Shown here one piece after another: positions 52,731-64,000 of a stretch of DNA of 64,000 nt. A model generated the notes under the pieces. That model had not been told where the DNA came from and ran no database searches. It worked only from the letters and a program-made list of their open reading frames with translations. Within the stretch, counting starts at the first letter, position 1, and each line of letters starts with the position of its first letter. The stretch is taken from contig CM082596.2 of assembly GCA_040954595.2 (NCBI GenBank), positions 7,828,468 through 7,892,467 of the forward strand, read 5' to 3'. The translations under genes and the position numbers were made by a program. The stretch is from Balanoglossus misakiensis (lineage: Eukaryota; Animalia; Hemichordata).

Positions 52731-54206
52731 TTCCGTAAATAAATAAAGATATATCACTTTAACTTTTCAACAGAAAAGTCGGCGTCACCCTGTTTGCGAA
52801 ATATCCCTAGGAGAAATTTTAATAGACTTTAAAACATCCCGAAAATCTAGGACTGAAAGATATCATAACAGATAAAGCCATGATAAGGGTCGCATTAACT
52901 TAATGGATAGTGATGTTCGCAACAAGGACAGTTGTGTTGAAATGGGAATGCGGAAAAAGACGCGTGCTTCTGGTTTATTTCACAATTTCCACATTTTATT
53001 GGTTTTTACGTAATACTCTTGCATCCCCTCAAATATTGCGGTTCACAAGTGGGATGATTAGTATTCACGGCACGCGTTCTGACGCAACAGCTGAATCGTC
53101 CTTGTAAACTGGCCATGATGACTAAAAAGCATACATACGAAGGAGTTTGCGCATTCATTTGCACTATAATTTCAAATACAAGGCTAAGGAACAAGAACAT
53201 TGCTATTTTGGCTTCCGTTTAGACACAGATGCAATGATGAGTACAATAACGAATACATTTCACGTATATCCTTGATAGCGAATTAAAACGCAAACCTGTG
53301 CGAGTATGTACCGCATATATTGTGGCCTGGAAAGCATATATTGTTTTCGAAGACCAATTGTAATGCTCTTCGGCATTTATGATACAAGTAATCACATTGC
53401 ATCGCATCTGTGAGAGTACGGGCATTATTACATCATCTGAAGCCAGCTTCAGTGATCGGAATCGAAGCTGATTTCCTCCCTTTTTACAGCTCGCTATAAC
53501 TGCGAGATATTCGTCTAAATTTCGCATGGAATTTTCATAAAATGACCTACCTTACGCCTGCAAAATGACAAACAAATCATTGTCAACTCTGCCTGGGGAT
53601 TATATGACTTGTATATTGGGATATTAGTCAAAACATCACTGTCTTTAAGATGTGACGATGAAGAATAACGTTACTGTCCTCATGCCTTGAGGATTTCAAC
53701 TCGATTTTCTCATTATAATATCTGCATCTTCTTTGCTATAATCTGTGCCACTATTAATGTGTAAACAGTTAAATTCTTGATATCTTCTTCACGTGAAATG
53801 TTTACGGAAATTGTACGTTATCCCTGCCCTACCCCCGGGTGTAACCGCTCCCCCACATCTTTGAATTTCGCCAAAAGTAGTCGCATCCTGCATCATCCTG
53901 CATTTGTCTTCAAATTCAAACAGCGCCCTCACTCGTTGACTATTGAAGTTCAAAACGTATTTATCCACACAAAGTCTGGGTGGACATGTCGCATACCTCT
54001 TGTTTTTACTTCAAATAAATTCGGCGTAGTTTAGTCAGCTCATGTTTTTGCCCTGAATTAAATCTGAAATTGATCACTTTCAAGATGTTATGTCACAGTC
54101 AGTCCCACATGCTGTGGATTGTTCCGGGAATAGACCATTTTCCGAACTCCACGTGACCTTGTGAGATCTCGCGTGGCTGGGACGTCTCGTTTGTGCCTTC
54201 ACAGCC

Positions 54207-57200
54207 TCACTTTTGCTCTGTTGAAACTTCGTTTTCCAAATGGCTTGACACAGTGGTTAGCGGGGTTCCTTCGTTAACATTGGAATTCACGGGTGACCCA
54301 GTGGTCAGTGTCTTTGGACGTCTCCTTCTGTCGAGGAAAAGAAGGAAAGAAATTCAACCAATCAACCACTACAGATATAATGGCCAGACAAATGATCAAC
54401 CGTGCAAGTCATCCATTGAGATGCGTTTATGACAACTGAGTTGCAATTAATTAATTAATGTGAATTAAATTGTGTTAGGCGGCATAAAAGTCAATTTTCA
54501 CTGAACTCTGCCCTTTTTTCCAGTTTCAAAAATATCTTGAGTTGTTTACTTGGCTAACATCCCAGAGCTTGGTAATTAACCAGATACCGCGAGATCTCGC
54601 AATCATAATTCATGTACATGTACACTAGTATCCAAGAGCTCAGATAAAACACTTCCAGGATTCAAAGCTACTAATGGCGTTTCACTTCTAGAAACAGTAC
54701 TGGAAAAGAAAGTACTTACTCACCCCTTTCCACACTGATATTCCCACAAACAGAATAAGCTGACCATCAGAGCCACCAAAAGATATAATGCAGCCATCAC
54801 TGTAGACGCCCACTTAAAACCAAAAACGTCAACGAGTGCGCCTCCTACAGTTGGTCCGATGAACTCTCTGAATAAATAATGTGGGGTGAACACTAAGCTT
54901 GACTATTAAAGGGACAAAGTCTCTTTCTCACTGCCCTTTTTCCATTAATTATGTTTGATACAAGACACCATTTATGTTATTCTACATGTGGATATATAGT
55001 GAATCAACGTTCATCCACACACAACTTCCATCCCGTTTGTAGGATACGAGAGTAAAAATCTCGCCAAAATGAATAAACGGTAAACACCGATTATTCATTT
55101 TGGCGAGTTTTTCACTCGTGTCTACAAGTGGGATGGAAGTTGCGTGTTGTCCAACATTGATTCACTATAAATCCACATGTAGAATAACATAAATGGTGTC
55201 TTGTATCAAACATAATTAATGGGAAAATGGCAGCGAGAAAGAGACTTTGTCCCTTTAATTTAGTCATGGATTAGCATGCTGGCTGGAGTAGGACACAAAA
55301 TTCCATATGGTACACAGAACAAAATACTGGAAATAAAGCCAACCGTTACAGCTAATGTCCCTTTAAATGAGAACAGACTCACCCTAATGCAAAGAAACTT
55401 GTAAATAGTCCGGAAACAACACTGTATGTACCAATATTGTCCGGCATTCCGTTCCACCTGAAAATATCATCAATAATATTGTTATTTTTAGATAACCATT
55501 CTCCACAAACTTACAGTTCGTGAGCTTTTATTTATATCTCCAAAATGTTTTCCCCCTGAGAATTATATATAGCTTGAATATGTGAATATATGTGATTTTC
55601 TCCGCTAAAGAAAAACCTTACCCGGTAGTTGTGATTAAATCGTAGAAAGCTGGCGCGAAGAAACAACCGAAAGACACACCCAATAGAATCAGTGACAATA
55701 TCACAATCAACAGTTGGCTGGAGGAAAAAGAGAATGTATAATCTGTTATTTCATGTCCTTGGAAAACTATTTTGACTTGTAGATATGTCACATTCACTCT
55801 GGTTTGCACATCTATAGCTGCCGAATTTCACATATTTTTTACGGTAAAATACTTCAAATATATTCCCTATCCTCTAAAATTCTCACCATTAAGCCATATT
55901 ACTTGCATTTGCATCATTTTGTCATCTCTTGGCGATGCATACCACGATAGCTGTGTACTGTTTGTATATGGAGGCTGATTAAATCGGTGCAGCACCGTTT
56001 TAATACATAGCGTGTTCAAATTGCAACATGAAGTCACAATCGGGCATCGATAAGGTGTTCATGTATACCTATCAGTAAGCTTATTTAGATGGACCAATTT
56101 AAGTTGGAAAATACAATCATGAAACTAATGCAAAAATTAACAGCTCTAGAGGCTTTAAACCGAAATATTTTCGAAGCAACGATGAAGGCTTGATTCACCA
56201 ACTATAAAGCAGGTAGACTGACCTTTTAAGGTTGAAGAACGGTGCTGGTCCCAAGAAGAGAAAAGATGCACAGGCTCCAATGTTGCCGATTATCATTAAC
56301 AGCTTGGGTATATCCTGAAATCAGTGATGGCAAAAATGAGGATTCATTTCTAATGCAGTGTGACACAAATTCATGATTAGTGTGGAAACGGACAGTATGG
56401 ACACAATTAGCGGCACTGTGGACTGGGGACAACCAATACTGCTAAAGTAGACCACTTTCTAAACTCCAACAGACCTTGCGAGACATATCACGTGGCTAGC
56501 CAGTTATATGGAAGGACATTTCGTGTGACTCAGGACAAACAAAACATGGCCCATCGTGTTAAGCGACACAAAAGTTACAATTTTTGTCAAACTCTGCACC
56601 TCTCTGCTAGTTTCATACAAAGCTTCACCCCAGTGCTAGTAATAGTATCACTTGTCTGGTAACAAGTTGCTATCATAATGGTATTAAACCATGTCTCGCG
56701 AGATCTTGCAGTGGGCAGAAAATCATCCACTCTGCCCACATGTGGTGGACACCACAATCTGTACAGAGGGACTTTGGTACTTTGGATGATGGCTATAGAA
56801 AAGTTTAAGAAGTACTTACAAATCTATCTGTAAGGTGGCCCCAGAAAATAGATGATAGGGCGTACGCTGCAGGAATTATGAAAAAGATCAGTCCAATTCC
56901 TGTTGAATCTAAATTGAACTGGAAAGGTGAGAGAGAAGTATTAGTTTCATTAAAATAAACATTGAAAGTCCAGCTCTTTTTGAACAATCATCCATACTAC
57001 CCTAGGTGAAACTATTATATTGTTTTATAAACTATATCGGAAATTGGTTGAACTGAAAGCGTCTAAGCATATACACATTACCTGCAAAAGATGTTTAGCC
57101 AACGTTGCCTCAAGAAAAGTAATTGCCATTGCTCCAACTAGAATACATGCTGACGTAACCAATACTGATGGTATTAACAAAAGCTCTACTATAGACCCCG

Positions 57201-58221
57201 ACTGAGGTCTTTGACCATCTGGCAAGAAATGAAATAATACGAATCAGTGACCAGACCCACGCTCGAAAAAAGCAAATACAGTACACATCTCACCCATTAG
57301 TTTCGACTATATTCAACGACCAGACCAATGCTTAAATTGTTTGCTATTGCAAATACGGTTTGACATCTCATACATTAGTTTCGACTATTTTCCACGACCA
57401 GTAGCTTATTCAACGAAAATTGCTGCATGACAATATTTGTGCATTGTACTGCACACTGTTGGATTATGGTAAAATAAAATAAATACCAAAACAAAATTAA
57501 AATATTATCTTGTTGTACGTGTACCTTCTTGTTTAGGCAAGAGAAAGATATTAAGCATCACGACCAGTAGCATACAAACTCCCAAGACTAAGAATGGTAA
57601 GGTGTAACCACCAACCTACAAATAGAAATATAAATTTAAAATTAGATATTATAGTGCAGGTATATAGCAATAATCCATATGTGCTTGCTGACGATAATTA
57701 ATGTTTATTTATGACCAAGGGCAAAGGGAAAGCTAAATTTAATGGGCCAGGCATACGCAGTATAATAAAATAATTGCTCTCATCCAATAAATATGCAGTT
57801 TGTGTATTGAATATGGAACAAAATATGAAATGAAATGAATCTGATGAAAATGTCAGTTATTGGTACAAGTGAATTTCAGCTAGCCGTATCTACTGAATAT
57901 TTGAGACAACTTACCTTATATAGGTAACCACCTAAAGGAGGTCCTATCATCATCCCAACACCTATGAACATTTCAACAACTGCCTGAAAAATGTACATGA
58001 AATAGCATTGGTTCGAACAGATATATTTTCACGTATGGACAATTCTCGCATCGACAATAGTAATGACGCACAGAGTGCAAAGCTTGCTTTGGGTAATTAT
58101 TGTAACCATGTGAATTATAAACCTTTCATTGATGCGAAATTTAATTAGCTTTTGTTACACGATTGAAGATCTTTCAGGCATATGATGTATGTTGTTTAGG
58201 CTTATGTTTCTAGACATACCG

Positions 58222-58252
<31 letters not shown>

Positions 58253-58374
58253 CATACATACATACATACATACATACATACATACATACATACATACATA
58301 CAAACATACAAACATACATACATACATACATACATACATACATACATACATACATACATACATACATACATACA

Positions 58375-58405
<31 letters not shown>

Positions 58406-60103
58406 TCTTCATGTTCAATCACTCACAAGAGTTGTTGATAAGTTATCTGGAAATTTCTCGGCAATTATGGAAAAGGATGCCGTGGCCATTGCTGCTACAC
58501 CAACAGCCTCGATTGTCCGGACTGTAAAACAAAGTCCAATAAACAGTGTGACGCGGTCTTCTGGTATCTTACCAAGAAATCTTTGTAAGAGAGAATAATA
58601 AATACTTCAATGCAACAATTAATCCACTTAAAATCAACACATAACGTCAGTGACAGGGACACAATGGAGCAGGGCTTGCTCACACTTTTATCAGGTGACA
58701 TAATTTCCTTGCAAGATATTATCTCTTAGAGTCTAGAAATCCCCTTCCTTTTATTTCATTGTACATTTGTCTCTACAGTTTCTTCAAATTGTTTTGTTCT
58801 TCAGCATACGGCTTACTGTCAAGTATTCTCCTGGTCACGTTAGGATAGACCACCTTGTAAACATTAATTTTTTTTGCTAATAAATAATTCAAATCCGGAC
58901 TTGAAACAATATTATCGTTTCTTACTGAATGTGCATGTTCTGTAGGGATAAGCTGAATACCGTGGTGTATGTAATCATGCGTTTAATAGGGAGTCTTGCA
59001 AGTAACTGCAGCTGTTATAAACTTACATATTGAAAATCTTTAAGTATGTGCACTTACCCGAAGATTATTGAACTGCATGCGGCTATACAATTCCCTGATA
59101 GAAACATCACTTTGGAACCAATTTTTGGGAGCTGATAAGTCAGAAAATGTGAGTGTGAATTACTGTGTTCAAACCTTTAATGTAGTTTTATATATTCCCT
59201 TGGCTGAACAAATAATTAAAAAAAGCTAAAACAAACTATCAAAGTTTGCAATAAAAACATTAGCCATATGCTTTCCCCTATTCACCGTTTTATTTTTAAA
59301 CCAAGGTTTTCTCATATGAATGGGATACTAGTTATGAGTCTTTATTCTGGGAGATGTATTTGTAGACTTGAATGTACGACGCAATTTTAACAACTTGTGA
59401 AACGTACAGAAAAGTACTATGGTAAACTGCTCTCCTCCCTATTCTCCATCAAACATTCTAAGTTTACCATATAGGATATTACTAAATACTTACAAATTTT
59501 CCATGGATTGGCGATGATACAAACTGCCCAAGGGCAAAGCAACCAAAGACTAGACCCACAACAGTATCAGAAGCACCTCTTTGGGTAGCCTTTAATGGAT
59601 ATATAAAGTATTATAATTAGACTGGTGAATTTGATAGATATAAGTAATCCTACTACAGGGTAATATACTATAGAGTATCTTTTTATATGCTTCTTATAAT
59701 AAAGAACAATTGCTGGGGAATGATGGACAGGTATAACGTTAACTGATATTGATGAACTATGGACTTGGCATTCTCATTCTACTGGTGGTTGATCTCACAG
59801 CCTTTCCACATGCCCAACAACATGCTAGTGACAATTAACAGGCTCGATACTTTTTAAAGCCCACGTAATAAACTGTACATTTCAAATTCACGCAACATTC
59901 ATTTAAACGTACTTTGATGATGAACTTACCTCAATAGGAAAGAACGGCGCCAAAATGCTGTAACACATAGCGCCTGCAACATTTGCCAGTGATATACTGA
60001 ATAGAGTCAACTTCTGTCTTCTTGAAAAACCAGTACTTTTTTCTACACTGTTCTTTTCGACGTTAGTACATCGGTCTTCCTGATTAGTGCAATTCGTTGT
60101 CAT
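54207..60103 (-). CDS. SLC18B1: MFS-type transporter SLC18B1-like (vesicular amine/polyamine transporter family), copy 1, about 473 aa
   Basis: 13 GT-AG exons: 59930-60103, 59494-59589, 59058-59131, 58427-58580, 57915-57983, 57525-57615, 57082-57218, 56820-56918, 56223-56314, 55622-55717, 55383-55457, 54724-54867, 54207-54327, totalling 1422 nt in frame. Recognised motifs: YSILAPFFPIEATQRGASDTVVGLVFG, GMMIGPPLGGYLYKVGGYTLPF, GEFIGPTVGGALV, plus multiple hydrophobic TM segments. Confidence 0.9.
54910..55254. mobile_element. Kolobok-like palindromic MITE family B
   Basis: TTAA-AGGGACAAAGTCTCTTTCTC ... GAGAAAGAGACTTTGTCCCT-TTAA; nearly fully self-complementary; copies at 44531-44877 and about 27030-27304. 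Confidence 0.85.
58223..58404. repeat. (TACA)n microsatellite
   Basis: Direct reading; explains the MYVC and HTYI repeat ORFs. Confidence 0.95.
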
Positions 60104-61479
60104 GGTTTCCACCTGTAGTCCAACCTGACAAACTAGTTCACCTCGATTTTATCTCACTTTTTCTGCCTTCATTCCCCTCGCTTCATACCGCTGGAAAATC
60201 GTTTTTACATGTATTTTTTATTAATACTCACAGGCCATTCATTTTGAGAGTGACGTGGCAGATGTAGATATACAACAGCATGGGTGTAATTGTCGTCTGT
60301 AACAAAAATATAGAAAATCCCACTCGATGATTTGCTCAAGATGTGATAAAATAGAAATATGGTACAAAACTGTGTGATCTTACCCCCTTCCTATCTCCAT
60401 GAACAAAATGGCAAACAACACAGAATACTGTACATGGCTCAGTATTTCAAAGCAAATTGGGCAGTTTATATTAAGGCTAACGTCTAAATTTCATAATCGC
60501 TAATGTTAGTCCACTCTTAAGTGCTATAAATGGCCCGGGGTATAACATGTACTGAATAACCACTCACCTGTATGCCAAGTCATGTCGTGTCACGCCGTGT
60601 CTAAATTTGACATGGCATTAATTACCAGCTCTTTTTACTTCACATGATCACCGCGGGAAATGTTAACATGATTAAGATATGACTTGCAGGTTCAATTGGA
60701 TTCTGCTTTGCATCGGTACCATATTTGTAGAATGGTGGTATAGGTGACATGCAAATTTGTGATTTTTTTTTATAAACATACAGAAAATCCACCATTTTAT
60801 TTTTAAGTGTTCAACTGTAGGTCAAGTTATAAATTATACCATTCATGGAAACCATCTTCATGTAGATGTCGCTGCAGTGAACTGGCTCGTGATTGTCTCT
60901 ACAACTATCTAGTCATGATAATAATATTTGATCTGCGTTTGTTTGGAATAGAGATGGATATGATTAAAATTATACTGCTTGGCATATTGTGGCATGTGTA
61001 GATTTGAATCTAAGACTGTTTTAATTACTACTTGTGTACAATCTCTTACTTGCATTGAAGCATGCTCAACATCGGTTGACCTATTTGCAAGGAGGTGCAA
61101 AAATCAAAAACATTATGCCTTACCTGGAACTACTTTTGCTTGTAAATTTCTATATAAAGAAATCAGAAAATGTCATCTGCAAGCAAGGTGTCGCCACAGC
61201 TGCTTTTCCATATACTCAAGTTTTTATTATATAAAGTGGTCAAAGAACATTAAATCAGTAGTTAAAGTGGAAGTCATATTTATTTCGCAAAAAAACCAAC
61301 AACAATGCAATCAAATCTCAAAGTGTACATCATTTAAGTGACACTGTCTTGTGTTTTCTCTGGTGAGGACCTTGGAAATATTCCATAAGTATATCTTTGA
61401 TATTTCACTGAGTGACATGATCTTATTAAGCTGAGGACTAAAATGGATTATGAAAATGACTGGGAAGCATCTAACTTAA

Positions 61480-61850
61480 TAACTAATAATAAAACAAGTA
61501 ATAAAATGATTCTTATCAGCGCATTCAGGAACATAGGTACATAATTTTAGACCTGCAACAGAGAAAACCCCGTTCACTATAAGTAGAAGTTGCAAAACGT
61601 GGGACAGTCAATGTACATGTAGTAGAATTGTGAATGCAAATTACGTACATCAATCCTTTTCAAAGACAAAAGTTCAGAGATGTACGATGGACATGATTTT
61701 TTTAATTCATAATCATAGACAGGAAGTAAAACATTGTAGTATTTGCACTTTTTCACAGGCAACCAATGAAGATCTTGTAATACATGATCACATTTCCTGC
61801 TCCTGATGACAAGTCTAGCAGCTGTATTTTAAACCAGCCTACAGGTTCCA
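61480..61850 (-). mobile_element. Decayed L2/CR1-group LINE 3' fragment
   Basis: Frameshifted pieces NTAARLV, DHVLQDLHWLPVK, PSYISELL, LTVPR, ERVFSVAG; tail GCGCTGATAAGAAT followed by TTA-rich sequence. Confidence 0.75.
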
Positions 61851-61926
61851 TCAGACGTCATGTTTTAATTCCTTTTCCCAGCAATCTCCATGGTATATAA
61901 CATCACTTGCATGAACATTAATTGTG

Positions 61927-63609
61927 TTACGGAGAAACTTCTTTGGAAAATGGACTTGACATAGCTAATGGTGTTCCTTCATTAGCATCATGATTAAGAG
62001 ATGTCCATGTGTCTCGCTTCTTTGGGGCTCTCCTCCTGTTCAAGTAATAGCAGAAAACTCTTTAACTTCTGGCATTGAGGTGTATCAAACATGAAAGAGC
62101 TTTGATCAGGCACATGTCTGTAAATACAGCTTCAAGTTCAAGAATCTTTTAAAACTTGAAAGAATGTCGTCAAAATGAGGTATTCAACCAACACCTTTAT
62201 TGCATTTATCTGTAGCTGATAATACCCCTATTCCAATATGAAAATTCAATCCCATTGTTCCAAGCACTTCAGGTGTCACAGATCATTTGGATCTCCCAGA
62301 TTTCAACACAAGGTATTTCCAGCCCAATGTACGTGGTCGTCAACTTACTGGGGATTATGTCTTACACTATTCCCTGCTCATCATTGATCATACACTATGA
62401 TTCACTGTCTTTAATACAGCAACCTTCAGACAGTATAAAGAAACTCCTGTTCGATGGAATACCTCACTCAGGTATATATGGGTGAAGGTTAACATTTGCA
62501 GACCTAAGAGATGAGACACTCACCCCTTTCCACACTGATATTCCCACAAACAGAATAAACTGACCATCAGAGCCATCAAAAGATGAAATGCTGCCATCAC
62601 TGTCGAAGCCCACTCAAAACCAACAAGGTCGACAAGTGCGCCACCTGTAGTTGGACCTAAAAAATTTCTGAATGACAAAGAACAAATACATCATGATACT
62701 TTTTCTCGCAACGTTTTATATTTAACTTTGAATGTTAAATCAGTAATCATGGCCAATCAAACGTTTGTAATTGATTAACCCTTTCACCCCAGTTCCCTCT
62801 AAATTTAGAGGTCCAACATTCTTATAGAAAGCAATGCAGTTAGATTGAACCATGGTGGTGAAGGCATTAGGAGCTAATTATGGTGTATTGTAAGGTTAAC
62901 ATAAACACTAACAGTGATTAATTAATTAAATCGTAGTTATCTGTAGATTTGGCATTGGTGTTTACCATGAGAAACCTTATCAGACGTTCGAGAATACTTT
63001 GTACTATATGAGCTTACGTTGTGTGGTAAATGCATTTTAAAGTGAAGGGGTCGTCGTTTATAAACATTACAATTCATCCACAAATCCCTGAAATTAGATC
63101 ATTCTTAGACTGAACGAAGCAGCCAACCATAGCGTAGACATGACAGCAACTGAAGATCCTAGTAGGTCGTGGCGACTGCAGTAGGGTTTGTGCTTGTATG
63201 GGAGGACATATTCTCATCAAGGGGGACACCCACGCAGCCCGACGACCCCTTTCCTTTAACTTTGTGGATAAAAACTCACCCTAGTGCCATGAATGCTGTG
63301 AAAATTCCAGAAACCAGGCCGTAGGTGCTGATATCATCTGGCATTCCGTACCACCTGGAATTTATACGTGCACCATTATAGTTGCGACTTGAAACTTTCC
63401 AAATATGTGTTTTATATCTTGCCACTGACACAGTATATCATCAAGTATAACTGTGCTAACAGACGAAACTATGGATTAATTATTATTAATTTTGGATTGT
63501 CGTTGTAACTTACCCTGCTGTTGTCATCAAATCAATGAAGGTTGGAACGAATAAACACCCAAGGGAGATACCAAGTAAAACCAATGAAAATACCACTAAC
63601 CAGAGCTGG
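61927..63609 (-). CDS. SLC18B1: SLC18B1-like transporter, tandem copy 2, last four exons (gene continues beyond window)
   Basis: Exons 63514-63609, 63280-63354, 62524-62667 and 61927-62035 (TAA). The three internal exons have the same sizes as in copy 1 (96, 75, 144 nt). Peptides QLWLVVFSLVLLGISLG, WYGMPDDISTYGLVSG, GNFLGPTTGGALV, WEYQCGKG, NEGTPL. Confidence 0.88.
63041..63255. mobile_element. Kolobok-like MITE family C
   Basis: TTAA-AGTGAAGGGGTCGTCG ... CGACGACCCCTTTCCT-TTAA; body matches 6613-6841. Confidence 0.75.
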
Positions 63610-63899
63610 CTGCAAAAAAAACAAGTGTCAGTAAATGTAGCTAGAGTAAAATGCATCTGTGGACACACATGCTTAAACAATACCAGAATCACTTTCCTTC
63701 CTTCATCCATTTTGTTGTCTAAAACTGTTAATTAACTAAAAGTGCATTTACCCATCATATATTTGTATGAAATGAATACTGTGGTTCTTGTTCATTTGAT
63801 AACAAACCACATCATAACATTTTGTGAACCAATACCCATCCATTATTATTTTTTGTAAATCATTAAGATTTCAAATAAAAGATGGCTTGCATATCACAC

Positions 63900-63993
63900 T
63901 TAACCCTTTCACCCCCAGTTCCCTCTTTAGAGGTCCAACTTTACCATAGAAAACAATGGGTTTGGACTGAACCATTGTGGTGAAAGGGATAAA
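63900..63993. mobile_element. piggyBac-like mini-MITE copy
   Basis: TTAACCCTTTCACCCCAGTTCCCTCTTTAGAGGTCC ... GGTGAAAGGGATAA. Confidence 0.75.
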
Positions 63994-64000
63994 CAATCAA

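Noticed and set aside
52383-52757. 124-aa ORF with an (ER)n run
   Set aside because: Produced by the (GA)n microsatellite; no coding signal.
57249-57401. Two ~36-bp direct repeats with an intervening segment, superficially CRISPR-like
   Set aside because: The intervening sequence is partly duplicated too (period about 78 bp), there are only two units, the context is a eukaryotic intron, and no cas genes are present.
58155-58527. MYVC and HTYI repeat ORFs
   Set aside because: Translations of the (TACA)n microsatellite.
60568-60583. ATGACTTGGCATACAG|GTGAGT (- strand) as first coding exon of SLC18B1 copy 1
   Set aside because: Splicing to the 60112 acceptor puts this ATG out of frame; at most a 5' UTR exon.
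1-64000. tRNA, rRNA, CRISPR arrays or autonomous transposase/RT genes
   Set aside because: None recognisable by eye; no long uninterrupted ORF exists in the window.

Overview
Eukaryotic, AT-rich, intron-dense DNA from an animal; the repeat content suggests a marine invertebrate, but the species cannot be determined here. Most ORFs in the supplied track are spurious. Manual exon assembly gives four spliced genes. (1) PLC-A, a phosphoinositide phospholipase C delta-type gene on + (19 exons, 201-19697, 5' end outside the window). (2) PLC-B, a complete convergent paralog on - (21 exons, 28300-51611). (3) A complete SLC18B1-like MFS transporter on - (13 exons, 54207-60103). (4) The last four exons of a tandem SLC18B1-like paralog on - (61927-63609). 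The most notable observation concerns minor-spliceosome (U12) introns: PLC-B keeps two canonical ones (AT-AC and GT-AG), while at the same positions PLC-A has an apparent AT-AT intron and an intron that looks converted to U2 type. Each PLC paralog also has a different candidate small in-frame exon in the regulatory X-Y linker. Introns and intergenic DNA contain many short non-autonomous DNA transposons (piggyBac-like, Kolobok-like, TA-flanked, Academ-like), two L2/CR1-group LINE 3' fragments and microsatellites. All coordinates and alignments were read by eye; no searches were run.
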